The notes beneath the pieces are model-generated. The model saw nothing but the letters and a program-made list of their open reading frames with translations, was not told the origin of the DNA and ran no database searches. From NCBI GenBank assembly GCA_964566965.1, contig CAZMKO010000003.1, positions 5,624 to 69,623 on the forward strand: a DNA stretch of 64,000 bases, in the 5' to 3' direction. Within the stretch, counting starts at the first letter, position 1. Each line of letters opens with the position of its first letter. The stretch comes from an uncultured Rhodanobacteraceae bacterium (lineage in GTDB: Bacteria > Pseudomonadota > Gammaproteobacteria > Xanthomonadales > Rhodanobacteraceae). Shown here one piece after another: positions 38,584-48,606 of the stretch. The translations under genes and the position numbers were made by a program.

Positions 38584-39381
38584 ATGAAAGAGAAAAACGA
38601 GATCGTCGCCAACTGGCTGCCACGCTACACCGGCACGGCACTGGAGGACTTCGGCGAATATATCCTGCTGACCAACTTCGGCCATTACGTGGAGCTTTTC
38701 GCCGAGTGGAACGGCGTCGAGGTGAAGGGGGCGGACAAACCCATGCCCAACGCCACGGCGGACGGCATCACCTTGATCAATTTCGGCATGGGCAGCCCCA
38801 ACGCCGCGACGGTCATGGATCTTCTGTCGGCGATCAGCCCCAAGGCCGCGTTGTTTCTCGGCAAATGCGGCGGGGTCAAGAAGAAGAACCGTATCGGCGA
38901 CCTGATCCTGCCGATTGCCGCGATCCGCGGCGAGGGCACCTCGGACGACTACCTGCCGCGCAACGTGCCGGCGCTTCCCGCGTTCCAGTTGCAGCGCGGC
39001 GTGTCGACCATGATCCGCGACCTGGGCCACGACTATTGGACCGGCACCGTGTTCACCACCAACCGGCGGGTGTGGGAGCACGACGACACCTTCAAGGAAT
39101 ACCTGCGCCACACGCGCTGCATGGCGGTGGACATGGAGACAGCGACCATCTTCGCGGCCGGCTTCGCCAACTCCATCCCGTCCGGCGCGTTGCTGCTGGT
39201 GTCCGACCAGCCGATGATCCCGGAGGGCGTCAAGACCGCCGCCAGCGACCGCAAGGTCACCGAAAACTACGTCCAGGCACACATCCAGATTGGTATCGAG
39301 GCGCTGAAACTGGTGCGCCGCAATGGGCGCAGCGTCAAGCACCTGCGCTTCGAGGAAGAGTTGGAGGACGACGAGCCCTGA
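38584..39381 (+). CDS. amn: AMP nucleosidase, short form (PNP/UDP family)
   Basis: NWLPRYTG; ILLTNF; FGMGSPNAAT; AIRGEGTS; AVDMETAT; LVSDQP. Confidence 0.88.
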   Translation: MKEKNEIVANWLPRYTGTALEDFGEYILLTNFGHYVELFAEWNGVEVKGADKPMPNATADGITLINFGMGSPNAATVMDLLSAISPKAALFLGKCGGVKKKNRIGDLILPIAAIRGEGTSDDYLPRNVPALPAFQLQRGVSTMIRDLGHDYWTGTVFTTNRRVWEHDDTFKEYLRHTRCMAVDMETATIFAAGFANSIPSGALLLVSDQPMIPEGVKTAASDRKVTENYVQAHIQIGIEALKLVRRNGRSVKHLRFEEELEDDEP

Positions 39382-39385
39382 CCGT

Positions 39386-39456
39386 GGTCGCCCGCCACAT
39401 GCGGGCGACCGGGTGAGCGATGCGCGCAAGGCCGGGCCGATGCCCGGCCTTGCGCG
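39386..39456. terminator. Two hairpins between convergent amn and grxD
   Basis: GGTCGCCCGC-N5-GCGGGCGACC (39386-39410) and CGCGCAAGGCCGGGC-N4-GCCCGGCCTTGCGCG (39423-39456); no clear U tract. Confidence 0.55.
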
Positions 39457-39463
39457 TTGAGGT

Positions 39464-40372
39464 TCACGCGCCTTCGGCGTCCTGCCAGGCGTTCATGCCG
39501 CCCTCGACGCTGTAGACATGCTTGAAACCGTGCGCGGCAAATTGCTCGGCGATGCCTCGGCTGGAAACGCCCTTGACGCAGATGAAGGCCAGTTCGGTGT
39601 CCTCGGGCAGGGCGTTGAGTGCTTCGTACCCCTCTTCCTCCAGCACGCGCGCCTGTGGAAGCGAGGGTATCTTGGCCCGGACCGGTGCCGGACGCACGTC
39701 GACCAGGGTGATGTCGCCGGCCTCGAGGCGCCGCTTCAGTTCGTCGACCTGCATCGGCTTGACCTCGGTGGCGCCGGGGAAGCGCAGGCTCAGCCCCGCG
39801 CCCTGCATGGTCTCCACCCAGTCGATGGTGATGCCGCGCGCGCGCTGGGCGCTGCCCGGATCGAAATGCACTTCCAGACCGTTGGCGGTGGCCACGATGT
39901 CGTTGTCGCCGGCTGGCGCAAGGCGGAAGCTGGCGCTGTGATCGGCCCCCACTTCCAGGTGCAGCGCCATGTCGCCGGCATCGGCCATGCCGTTGCCGAT
40001 GGCCTCGGCGGCCTTGTCGGTGATGGTGATCCCGGGCGGGGTGCGGTCCGGCTCGGGCAGGCCGAACAGGGCATGCAGTTCGCCGCTGGTGTACATCTGG
40101 CGCACGATGTCGGCGCCGCCCACCAGGTCGCCGTCGACGTACAGCTGGGGAATCGTCGGCCAGTTGCCATACACCTTGATGCCCTCGCGGATGTCCGGAT
40201 CGGCCAGCACGTTGACGGTGTGATACTCGGGCAGGAGGTCGTTCAGGGCGCCGCTGGCGGCGGCGGAAAAACCGCACATGGGCTGCTGACGGTCACCCTT
40301 CATGAACAGCACCACGCGGTGCTCCTTGACGATGGCGTCGATGCGTTCACGGATGGCGGGGTCGAGGGACAT
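39464..40372 (-). CDS. grxD: Monothiol glutaredoxin Grx4 fused to a HesB/IscA-like domain and a rhodanese domain
   Basis: LFMKG...CGFS; WPTIPQLY; ITITDKAAEAI; LVDVR...FICVKGVSS...SVEGGMNAW. Confidence 0.9.
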   Translation of the reverse strand: MSLDPAIRERIDAIVKEHRVVLFMKGDRQQPMCGFSAAASGALNDLLPEYHTVNVLADPDIREGIKVYGNWPTIPQLYVDGDLVGGADIVRQMYTSGELHALFGLPEPDRTPPGITITDKAAEAIGNGMADAGDMALHLEVGADHSASFRLAPAGDNDIVATANGLEVHFDPGSAQRARGITIDWVETMQGAGLSLRFPGATEVKPMQVDELKRRLEAGDITLVDVRPAPVRAKIPSLPQARVLEEEGYEALNALPEDTELAFICVKGVSSRGIAEQFAAHGFKHVYSVEGGMNAWQDAEGA

Positions 40373-40434
40373 GGAAAAGCTCCGGAAAAAAAGCAAGGGT
40401 CAAGGGAATCATATGCTGGCGGCAGGCGCGGGCT

Positions 40435-41103
40435 TCAAGGCCCCGCTCGCCGCTTACCGTCGTCGGTGCCGATCGCATGCTCCTGGCCATCGCGCAGCGC
40501 CGCCTCCGCCACGGGCGCGATCACGTCGGCCCACACGGCGTATTGTGCCGCCGAAGGGTGCAGCCCGTCATCGGCCAGCATGTCCGGTGCCTCGCCACAG
40601 TGCCGCGACACCGGCGTGACATCCGCCCAGCGGGCGCCGGCGGACCGCACCCGCGCCTGCGCCGCGGCATTGAAGGCATCCAGGTCGGCGCCGATGCGCG
40701 CGCCATCGCGTTCTTCCACCCGCGCGAAGCGGGTTACGCCCCAGTCGGGAATGGACACGCCCACCACCCGGTTCGCGCGGCCGCCGGCCAGACCGACCGC
40801 GCGTTGCAGGAGGGTGCCGAATTCGTCGTCGTAATTGTCCAGGTCGCGGCCGCGATACTGGTTGTTGACGCCGATCAGCAGGGTGACCAGGTCCCAGGGC
40901 GGTCGCGGGGCCGCCGCTTCGATGCCGGCGGCCAGCTCGTCGGTGCTCCAGCCCGTGACCGCGACGATCCGCGGATCATCCAGCGCCAGGCCACGCGCGC
41001 GCAGACGTGCGGCCACCACGCAGGGCCAGCGTGTCGCCGGCGGCACGCCTTCGCCGATGGTGTAGGAATCACCCAGGGCAAGAAACCGGTACGGAAGCGA
41101 CAT
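40435..41103 (-). CDS. SGNH/GDSL hydrolase
   Basis: LALGDSYTIG; LIGVNNQY; DGLHPS. Confidence 0.92.
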   Translation of the reverse strand: MSLPYRFLALGDSYTIGEGVPPATRWPCVVAARLRARGLALDDPRIVAVTGWSTDELAAGIEAAAPRPPWDLVTLLIGVNNQYRGRDLDNYDDEFGTLLQRAVGLAGGRANRVVGVSIPDWGVTRFARVEERDGARIGADLDAFNAAAQARVRSAGARWADVTPVSRHCGEAPDMLADDGLHPSAAQYAVWADVIAPVAEAALRDGQEHAIGTDDGKRRAGP

Positions 41104-41114
41104 GTGCGGCACCC

Positions 41115-42389
41115 TCACGCCGTGGCCACGGTGCCGGAGGCGGGGGTGCCCGCCAGCCGCGCCAGGGTACGTTCAATGCGCGTGAAGACTTCGGCAAGGG
41201 TGTCCGGGTCGGGCAACAGGGTCAGACGCAGGTGCCGGCTGGCGGTGAGGTTGAAGCTGGAGCCCGGCGCCAGCAACACCGACTCATCCTCCAGCAGGCG
41301 CAGGGCGAAATCGCTGTCGTCGAAGACCGGCAGGGCGTCGACGCGCACCGAGGGGAACGCGTACAGCGCACCCCGTGGCGGCACCATGTCGAGGTACTCG
41401 CTGGCAGCCACGCCGGCCAGCACCGCGGCACGCGCGCGATGCAGGCGTCCGCCCGGTGCGGTCAGCGCCCCGATGCTGTCGACCCCCTGCAGGGCCGGCG
41501 CCACCGCCCATTGCGCCGGCACGTTGGGACACAGTCGCAGCGCAGCCAGCAGCTGCAAGGCATCGCGGTAGGCGCGGGTGTCGGCGTGCGTGCCGGACAG
41601 CGTCATCCAGCCGACCCGGTAACCGCAGGCGCGGTGCACCTTGCTGAGGCCGCCGAAGCTCAGGCACGGGTGTGCGCCGGCCAGGGGCGCCAGCGGCTGG
41701 AAAGGCGTGTCGTCGTAGACGATGTCGTCATAGATCTCGTCGCACAACAGCAGCAGGCCGTGTGTCTCGGCGATCGCCACCATTCGTTCCAGCAGGGAGC
41801 GCGGATACACGGCGCCGGTCGGGTTGTTGGGATTGATCAGCACCAGGGCGCGCGTACGCGGCGTGATCCGCGCCTCGATGTCGTCGGGATCCGGCCAGTG
41901 CGCGTTGCATGCCGTGCACGGGTAGTAGACCGGCCGACCGCCGTTGAGCCGGGTGGCGGCGCTCCACAGCGGGTAGTCGGGGCACGGCAGCAAGACTTCG
42001 TCGCCCGGCGCCAGCAGTGCGCGCAGGCTGATGTCGATCAACTCGCTGACGCCGTTGCCAATGAACACGCGCGAGGGGTCCACACCACTGGCGCCACGGG
42101 CCAGTTGTCGCGCCGCGACGGCGGCGCGCGCCGTGTCCAGGCCTTGTTCCGTGCAGTAACCGTCGCTGTCGGCCAGATGCGCGGCGACCGCCTCGGCCAG
42201 GTGGGGCGGGGCGTGGAAGCCGAAACGGGCCGGATTGCCGATATTCAACGTCAGGATGTCCCGGCCGGCGGCTTCCAATTCGCGTGCGCGGCGAGCGAGG
42301 GCGCCGCGGATGTCGTAGCGGACGTCGGCGAGGCGTGGACTGGGTTCGATGGCGCGCAAGGCGGGTATCCCGGGTGGACTCGCCCGCAT
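41115..42389 (-). CDS. PLP-dependent class I/II aminotransferase (AlaA-like)
   Basis: VRYDIRG; LNIGNP; GNGVSELI; INPNNPTGAVY; DEIYD; GGLSK. Confidence 0.9.
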   Translation of the reverse strand: MRASPPGIPALRAIEPSPRLADVRYDIRGALARRARELEAAGRDILTLNIGNPARFGFHAPPHLAEAVAAHLADSDGYCTEQGLDTARAAVAARQLARGASGVDPSRVFIGNGVSELIDISLRALLAPGDEVLLPCPDYPLWSAATRLNGGRPVYYPCTACNAHWPDPDDIEARITPRTRALVLINPNNPTGAVYPRSLLERMVAIAETHGLLLLCDEIYDDIVYDDTPFQPLAPLAGAHPCLSFGGLSKVHRACGYRVGWMTLSGTHADTRAYRDALQLLAALRLCPNVPAQWAVAPALQGVDSIGALTAPGGRLHRARAAVLAGVAASEYLDMVPPRGALYAFPSVRVDALPVFDDSDFALRLLEDESVLLAPGSSFNLTASRHLRLTLLPDPDTLAEVFTRIERTLARLAGTPASGTVATA

Positions 42390-42452
42390 GCTAGCAGCGG
42401 GCGCGGGCATCCTGCACGACGATGGCGGGCGGTGTGCTGCTACGCTTCGCGC

Positions 42453-43505
42453 ATGAGTGCCGCCACCCCACTGGAAACCTTGCGCCACATCGGCTGGCGC
42501 GGCGCACTGCCGGACGTGCCGGTGGCGCGCGTGGTGGCGCAGCACCGTGCCGGTTACGAGTTGCACGACGGCGTGTCGGTGTTCGCGGCGCAGCCGGCGG
42601 GGCACTTCCTCAAGCGCAGCTTGGACCCGACGCAGCGGCCGGCCGTGGGAGATTTCGTGGTCTGGGCCGACACGGCGACGCCAGAGATCACGCAGGTCCT
42701 GCCACGGCGTTCCACCCTGACCCGGGCCGCCGCCGGCGAGCGTTACGCGCGCCAGTTGATCGCCACCAACATCGACCACGTGCTGGTGCTGACCGGCCTG
42801 GATGGCGACTTCAATCCACGCCGCATCGAGCGCTACCTGTTGCTGATCGAGGGCTCGGGGGCGCGCGCGGTGGTGTTGCTGGGCAAGGCCGACCGTGATG
42901 CGCAGGCCATCGCACGCCTGGAGCAGCTGCGCGAGCGCCTGCCCGACGGCACGCCGCTGCACCTGATCAACAGCAAGGACCCGGACAGCGTCCGTATCCT
43001 GGCGCCGTATCTCGGGCCGGGCGACAGCGCCGTGTTGGTGGGGTCCTCCGGGGCCGGCAAGTCCACGCTGACCAATACACTGCTGGGCGAATCGCGCATG
43101 GCGACCGGCCGCGTGCGCCGCAGCGACAGCCGTGGCCGCCACACGACCACGCACCGTGCGTTGCTGCCGTTGCCGACCGGTGGCTGCCTCATCGACACCC
43201 CCGGCATGCGTGAATTGAAATTGACCGGCGAGGAATCGATGGACCTGTTCGCCGACATCGAGGCGCTGGCCCTGCGTTGCCGTTTCGCCGACTGCCAGCA
43301 CGGCAACGAACCGGGCTGCGCGGTGCAGGCGGCGCTGGCCAGCGGCGAGATCGATGCGGCGCGCTGGCACAATTACCGCAAGCTGCGCGATGAGCGCGAA
43401 CAGCAGGCCGCTCAGCTGCAGGCCCGGCGTCAGCGCAAGGGCGAGGGACGGCGGTCGGGGCGTTCGCCGGGTCGCCGTCCGCGTGGTCGCGACGGCGGCG
43501 ATTGA
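42453..43505 (+). CDS. rsgA: Ribosome small subunit-dependent GTPase A
   Basis: PAVGD; GSSGAGKST; GRHTTT; IDTPG; CRFADCQH..EPGCAV. Confidence 0.95.
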   Translation: MSAATPLETLRHIGWRGALPDVPVARVVAQHRAGYELHDGVSVFAAQPAGHFLKRSLDPTQRPAVGDFVVWADTATPEITQVLPRRSTLTRAAAGERYARQLIATNIDHVLVLTGLDGDFNPRRIERYLLLIEGSGARAVVLLGKADRDAQAIARLEQLRERLPDGTPLHLINSKDPDSVRILAPYLGPGDSAVLVGSSGAGKSTLTNTLLGESRMATGRVRRSDSRGRHTTTHRALLPLPTGGCLIDTPGMRELKLTGEESMDLFADIEALALRCRFADCQHGNEPGCAVQAALASGEIDAARWHNYRKLRDEREQQAAQLQARRQRKGEGRRSGRSPGRRPRGRDGGD

Positions 43506-43819
43506 GGGCCGGGCGCCGCTTTTCACGCACCCTGGAAGCCCCGTTCGCGACCCGGTTTAACGTAATGCAACCGTTTGTTTTAACCGAATTTTTCAATTCA
43601 GCCGGATGGCTTGCAGAGCCGTGGGGGAAGGAGTAGGGTCGAAATCGACGGGGCAAAACGCGCCCCGCTTCCACCGGCCAGATCCATGCTCCCACTTGTC
43701 TTGTCCGTGTATGCCATTGCCGCCCTGGTGGCCGTGGCGGGAGCGTGTGTCTTCGCATCGCCTTTGCATGTCGTCGCGTGGCCGGCGTGGCGGCGTGTCC
43801 CTGCCTACGGGAGGTTGCC

Positions 43820-44050
43820 ATGTTTGAAAACCAGCAGCATGAAGATGTCGAGGCCTTGATGAAGGCCAATACCGAGTTCCGCCGTCTGTATCACCACCAT
43901 CGCAAGCTCGACAGCAAGGTGCATGACGCGGAAATCGGCGCGTTGCCCATGGATGCGGACACCCTCAGCAGCATGAAGCGCGAGAAGCTGGCGGCCAAGA
44001 ATCGCCTGCTGCGCATGTGGGACGAACACCGTCACCACCGTACCCACTGA
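43820..44050 (+). CDS. YdcH family (DUF465) small protein
   Basis: MFE...FRRLY..H..LD...MKREKL; RBS GGAGG. Confidence 0.85.
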   Translation: MFENQQHEDVEALMKANTEFRRLYHHHRKLDSKVHDAEIGALPMDADTLSSMKREKLAAKNRLLRMWDEHRHHRTH

Positions 44051-44163
44051 CTCCCCCCCGTCGTTTCACTCTCTCCCCGGCGCGGCCCCGTTGATGCGGG
44101 GTCGCGCCGTGTCGTTCGGCCACTCCGTTATCATGCATCCGGTCACCAACGCCGGGAGTCACG

Positions 44164-45534
44164 ATGAGCGTCCATTCCAGCATCCTCGAATTGATCGGCC
44201 GCACGCCCATGCTGCGGGTCACGCACCTGGACACCGGGCCGTGCGAGCTGTACCTGAAGCTGGAAAGCATGAACCCCGGCGGTTCCATCAAGGACCGCAT
44301 CGGCCTGTCCATGATCGAGGGCGCGGAAAAGGCCGGCAAGCTCAAGCCTGGCGCGACCCTGGTCGAAGGCACCGCCGGCAACACCGGCCTGGGCCTGGCG
44401 CTGGTGGCGCAGGCCAAGGGCTACAAGCTGATCCTCGTGGTGCCGGACAAGATGAGCCGCGAGAAGATCTTCAACCTCAAGGCCATGGGCGCCGAGGTGG
44501 TGCTGACCCGCTCGGATGTCGCCAAGGGCCATCCCGAGTACTACCAGGATCTGGCCGCGAAGATTGCCGAGGAAACGCCCGGCGCGTATTTCATCAACCA
44601 GTTCGGCAACCCGGACAATCCGGCCGCGCACCGTGCCACCACCGGCCCCGAGATCCTCCAGCAGATGGACGGCAAGGTGGACGCGCTGGTGTTCGGGTGC
44701 GGTTCGTCCGGCACCATGACCGGCCTGTCGCAGTATTTCGCCGAGGCCTCGCCGGGCACCGAGCTGATCCTGGCCGATCCGGTCGGCTCGATCCTGGCCG
44801 AGTACATCAACGAAGGCACCAAAAGCGAAAAATCCGCGAGCTGGATGGTCGAGGGCATCGGCGAGGATTTCCTGCCCGTCATCAGCGACTTTACGCGCGT
44901 GAAGAAGGCCTACGCCATCAGCGACAAGGAAAGCTTCCTCGCCGCCCGCGAGCTGTTGGCGAAGGAAGGCGTGCTGGGCGGCTCGTCGACCGGCACCCTG
45001 CTGGCCGCCGCGTTGCGCTGGTGCCGCGAGCAGGACGAACCCAAACGCGTGGTCACGCTGGTCTGCGACACCGGCAACAAGTACCTGTCCAAGCTGTACA
45101 ACGACTACTGGATGGTCGACAACGGCTTCATCGAGCGCGAGCAGCACGGCGACCTGCGCGACCTCATCATGCGCCCCTACGCGCAGCGTGACACCGTGGT
45201 GGTGGCGCCGGACGACCTGCTGATCACCGCCTACAACCGCATGAAGCTGTACGACGTCTCGCAGCTGCCGGTGATGGAGGACGAGCGTCTGGTCGGCATC
45301 CTCGACGAGTCGGATCTGCTGTTGCACGTGCACGGCGACCAGACGCGCTTCACCGGGCCGGTTTCCGAGGCCATGGTCCGCAAGCTGGAAAAACTGGACG
45401 TGCACGCCTCCATCGACGCGTTGCTGCCGGTGTTCGAACGCGGGCATGTGGCCATCGTCACCGATGGCGAGACGTTCCTGGGCCTGATCACGCGCATCGA
45501 CCTGCTCAATTACCTGCGCCGCCGGGTGGACTGA
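44164..45534 (+). CDS. Cystathionine beta-synthase with C-terminal CBS domains
   Basis: NPGGSIKDRI; TAGNTG; GSSGT; VEGIG; two CBS repeats. Confidence 0.93.
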   Translation: MSVHSSILELIGRTPMLRVTHLDTGPCELYLKLESMNPGGSIKDRIGLSMIEGAEKAGKLKPGATLVEGTAGNTGLGLALVAQAKGYKLILVVPDKMSREKIFNLKAMGAEVVLTRSDVAKGHPEYYQDLAAKIAEETPGAYFINQFGNPDNPAAHRATTGPEILQQMDGKVDALVFGCGSSGTMTGLSQYFAEASPGTELILADPVGSILAEYINEGTKSEKSASWMVEGIGEDFLPVISDFTRVKKAYAISDKESFLAARELLAKEGVLGGSSTGTLLAAALRWCREQDEPKRVVTLVCDTGNKYLSKLYNDYWMVDNGFIEREQHGDLRDLIMRPYAQRDTVVVAPDDLLITAYNRMKLYDVSQLPVMEDERLVGILDESDLLLHVHGDQTRFTGPVSEAMVRKLEKLDVHASIDALLPVFERGHVAIVTDGETFLGLITRIDLLNYLRRRVD

Positions 45535-45655
45535 CCTGAACGCCGCATCCGCTGCGGGTCGCGTGGCGGCCGGCGGATGCCTAAAATGCGATTCTGGCCG
45601 AGCCGCCATCCCCGGCGGCGCGGTCCCGATCCCTCTCGACATATGGAATCCCTGC

Positions 45656-47485
45656 ATGTGCGGAATCGTTGCCGCCGTCGCCCAGCGTGACGTCGCCCCC
45701 ATCCTGATCGCCGGGCTGAAGGCCCTGGAATACCGTGGCTACGACTCGGCCGGCCTGGCCGTGCTGAACGAGGCGGGCGTCGAGCGCGTGCGCGCGGTGG
45801 GCAAGGTGCGTGAAATGGAAGCGCGCTACCTGGAACGGCCGCTTCCTGGCGGGACCGGCATCGCCCACACGCGTTGGGCCACGCATGGCATTCCCAGCGA
45901 GGATAATGCCCATCCACATGTGGCCGGCCGGGCCACGGTGGTGCACAACGGCATCATCGAGAACCACGAGGCGCTGCGCGCGCAGCTCCAGGCCACCGGC
46001 CGCCGCTTCGATTCGCAGACCGACACCGAGGTCATCGCCCACCTGGTCGACGAGGGCCTGCAACGTGACCTGGACCTGCGTGCCGCCGTGCAGGCCGCGC
46101 TGGCGCGTCTGGAGGGTGCCTATGCCATCGCCGTGATGGACAGCCAGGCGCCCGATTCGCTCATTGGCGCGCGTCGCGGCAGTCCGCTGGTGGTGGGCGT
46201 GGGCATCGGCGAACATTTCCTCGCCTCCGACGTGCAGGCGCTGATCCAGGTCACGCGCAAGGTCGCGTATCTCGACGAGGGCGACATGGTGGAGATCCGC
46301 CGTGACGGCTGGCAGGCCTTCGACGCCGCGGGTCGACCGGTCACGCGCGAGGTACGCGAGAGCGATCTGTCGGCCGACGCCGTGGAGCGTGGCCAGTATC
46401 GCCATTACATGCAGAAGGAGATTTTCGAGCAGCCGCGCGCCGTGGCCGACACCCTGGAAGGGCGGCTCGGGCCGCACGGCGTGCTGCCCAACATCTTCGG
46501 CGTCGGCGGCCAGACCTTGCTGGAACGGGCCCGCCAGCTGCACATCGTCGCCTGCGGCACCAGCTACCATGCCGGCATGGTGGCCAAGTACTGGATCGAG
46601 TCGTTGGCCGGCGTGCCGGTCAGCGTCGAGGTCGCCAGCGAATACCGCTATCGCGACGTGGTGGTGCCGCCGGATACGCTGTTCGTGGCCATCTCGCAAT
46701 CGGGCGAAACTGCCGACACCCTGGCCGCCCTGCGCGAGACCGGCAAGCGCGGCTACCTGGCCACGCTGGGCATCTGCAACGTGCCCGAATCCTCGCTGGT
46801 GCGCGAGGCGGACCTGAAGTTGATGACCCGGGCCGGCCCGGAAATCGGCGTCGCCTCGACCAAGGCCTTCACCACGCAGCTGACCGCTTTGGCATTGCTG
46901 GCGTTGGAACTGGGCCGTTGCCACGGCCTGGATGCCTCGCTCTCCCGGACGCTGGCCGAGGAACTGGCCGGCCTGCCACGTGCCATCGAAGGCGCCTTGC
47001 GCTGCGAGGACGCCATCGTGGCGCTGGCCGAGCAATTCGTGCACCGCGAGCACGCCTTGTTCCTGGGCCGTGGCGAGCAATTCCCCGTGGCATTGGAAGG
47101 TGCGCTGAAGCTGAAGGAAATCTCCTACATCCACGCCGAGGCCTATCCTGCCGGGGAACTGAAACACGGCCCGCTGGCGCTGGTCGACGAGGCCATGCCG
47201 GTGATCGCCGTGGCCCCCAACAACGCGTTGCTGGACAAGCTGAAGTCCAACCTGCAGGAAGTGCACGCCCGCGGCGGCCGTCTACTGGTGCTGGCCGATG
47301 CCGACACCGGTTTCCGGCTGGACGCGGACGAAGGCGAGCTGGTGGAGATTCCGGCCGGCGGTACCTTCACCGCTGCCGCCGTGTTCACCGTACCGCTGCA
47401 GTTGCTGGCTTACCACGTGGCCGTGTTGCGCGGCACCGACGTCGACCAGCCGCGCAACCTGGCCAAGTCCGTGACCGTGGAGTGA
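45656..47485 (+). CDS. glmS: Glutamine-fructose-6-phosphate transaminase
   Basis: MCGIV; LEYRGYDSAG; HTRWATHG; SQSGETAD; ELKHGP; PRNLAKSVTVE. Confidence 0.97.
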   Translation: MCGIVAAVAQRDVAPILIAGLKALEYRGYDSAGLAVLNEAGVERVRAVGKVREMEARYLERPLPGGTGIAHTRWATHGIPSEDNAHPHVAGRATVVHNGIIENHEALRAQLQATGRRFDSQTDTEVIAHLVDEGLQRDLDLRAAVQAALARLEGAYAIAVMDSQAPDSLIGARRGSPLVVGVGIGEHFLASDVQALIQVTRKVAYLDEGDMVEIRRDGWQAFDAAGRPVTREVRESDLSADAVERGQYRHYMQKEIFEQPRAVADTLEGRLGPHGVLPNIFGVGGQTLLERARQLHIVACGTSYHAGMVAKYWIESLAGVPVSVEVASEYRYRDVVVPPDTLFVAISQSGETADTLAALRETGKRGYLATLGICNVPESSLVREADLKLMTRAGPEIGVASTKAFTTQLTALALLALELGRCHGLDASLSRTLAEELAGLPRAIEGALRCEDAIVALAEQFVHREHALFLGRGEQFPVALEGALKLKEISYIHAEAYPAGELKHGPLALVDEAMPVIAVAPNNALLDKLKSNLQEVHARGGRLLVLADADTGFRLDADEGELVEIPAGGTFTAAAVFTVPLQLLAYHVAVLRGTDVDQPRNLAKSVTVE

Positions 47486-47495
47486 ACCTCGGTGC

Positions 47496-47574
47496 CATCG
47501 CGGCCATGGGCCGCTCCCACATTTTTCATTCGTGCCCTGAGGATCACCTGTAGGAGCGGCCCATGGCCGCGATG
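47496..47574. repeat. REP doublet (family 2) between convergent glmS and DUF481 gene
   Basis: CATCGCGGCCATGGGCCGCTCCCACA ... TGTAGGAGCGGCCCATGGCCGCGATG. Confidence 0.88.
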
Positions 47575-47597
47575 CTTTGCGGGTCCCGAGTCCCGAG

Positions 47598-48419
47598 TCA
47601 GAAGTTGTAAACCAGATTCGTCGTGTACAGCTGGTCGGTGCTCTTGGTGCCGGGCTGGGTGTTGGAGTTGTAGCGCACCTGGTAACCGAGCTTCAGGGCG
47701 AGTTTTTTGGTCATGCTGACCGAAAGGCCCAGATCGTTCTGGTAGTACTTGTTCTTGGAGCCCGCCTCGACCAGCAGGGTATCCTCGAACTTGGTGTTCT
47801 CGGTGAGCTGCCATTTCCAGTTGATCAGGCCGCGCCCGACGATTTCGTGCTGGACCGGCGGCAGCACGCGATGGCTTTCGCCGTCGATGACCACGGTGGT
47901 GTAGTTGGACTGGTAGCGCTTGTAACCGGGACCGATTTCAAACGACAGCTCGGTACGCGCGCTTTTCAGGACAATGTAGCCGTAACCCAGCGAGAGAATG
48001 CCCTGCCAGCGGTTGGCGCCGAAGTCGTCGTGTTCGTAGCGCAACGCGCTGACCACGTAGCTGCGCGGGTCGAACTTGTAGCCGACCGAGGCGCCGCCCT
48101 CGTAGCGGTTGGCGGTGGTGGTGAACTGGCTGATGGATTCGCCGGTGTCGGCGTCGACCACCGTGACGTCGCCCTTGGAGCGCAGGCCGGTGAGGTAGAA
48201 GCTGTTCTTCCAGACTTCGTTTTCCTGCTTCAGGGCCAGCTTGGCATTGAGGTTTTCGGTATGCGAATTGCCTTGCGACAGGGCGAAACCGAATTCGCCG
48301 GAGCCGGACCAGCCGCCGTTTGCGGCGTTGTCGGCATCCTGGGCCATGGCCGTCAACGGCAGGCACAGGGTCAGGGCGGCGGTGAGTGCGAGCAGTCGGG
48401 ATGAGGGTTTCATAGGCAT
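47598..48419 (-). CDS. DUF481/YdiY family outer membrane beta-barrel
   Basis: Signal peptide; WSGSGEFG...GNS; GYGY; GPGY; C-terminal Phe (LVYNF). Confidence 0.88.
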   Translation of the reverse strand: MPMKPSSRLLALTAALTLCLPLTAMAQDADNAANGGWSGSGEFGFALSQGNSHTENLNAKLALKQENEVWKNSFYLTGLRSKGDVTVVDADTGESISQFTTTANRYEGGASVGYKFDPRSYVVSALRYEHDDFGANRWQGILSLGYGYIVLKSARTELSFEIGPGYKRYQSNYTTVVIDGESHRVLPPVQHEIVGRGLINWKWQLTENTKFEDTLLVEAGSKNKYYQNDLGLSVSMTKKLALKLGYQVRYNSNTQPGTKSTDQLYTTNLVYNF

Positions 48420-48606
48420 CCGTGATGAGTGTGACCGGTAAGAAGGGACAGACCCCTGATAACACAATTCTCACATTGTAATGCGGTCCGGGTCACGGCA
48501 GGCCACGGCGCGACATGGCATGGGGGGTGCCGTTCAGCTGGGTGGGGCTTGCAGGCGTCGTGATGGCGTCTCATGCTGTGGCGACACCGACTGACCGGAA
48601 CCGGCC

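Noticed and set aside
41007-43526. 832-aa and 803-aa overlapping ORFs as fusion proteins
   Set aside because: Upstream extensions are antisense read-through; the real genes are the divergent aminotransferase (start about 42389) and rsgA (42453).
43550-43600. AT-rich patch with a one-mismatch IHF-like site upstream of the YdcH gene
   Set aside because: Imperfect match only; most likely an ordinary promoter.
45535-45655. glmS ribozyme
   Set aside because: Leader is short and I could not recognise the ribozyme core; it is mainly a Firmicutes element.
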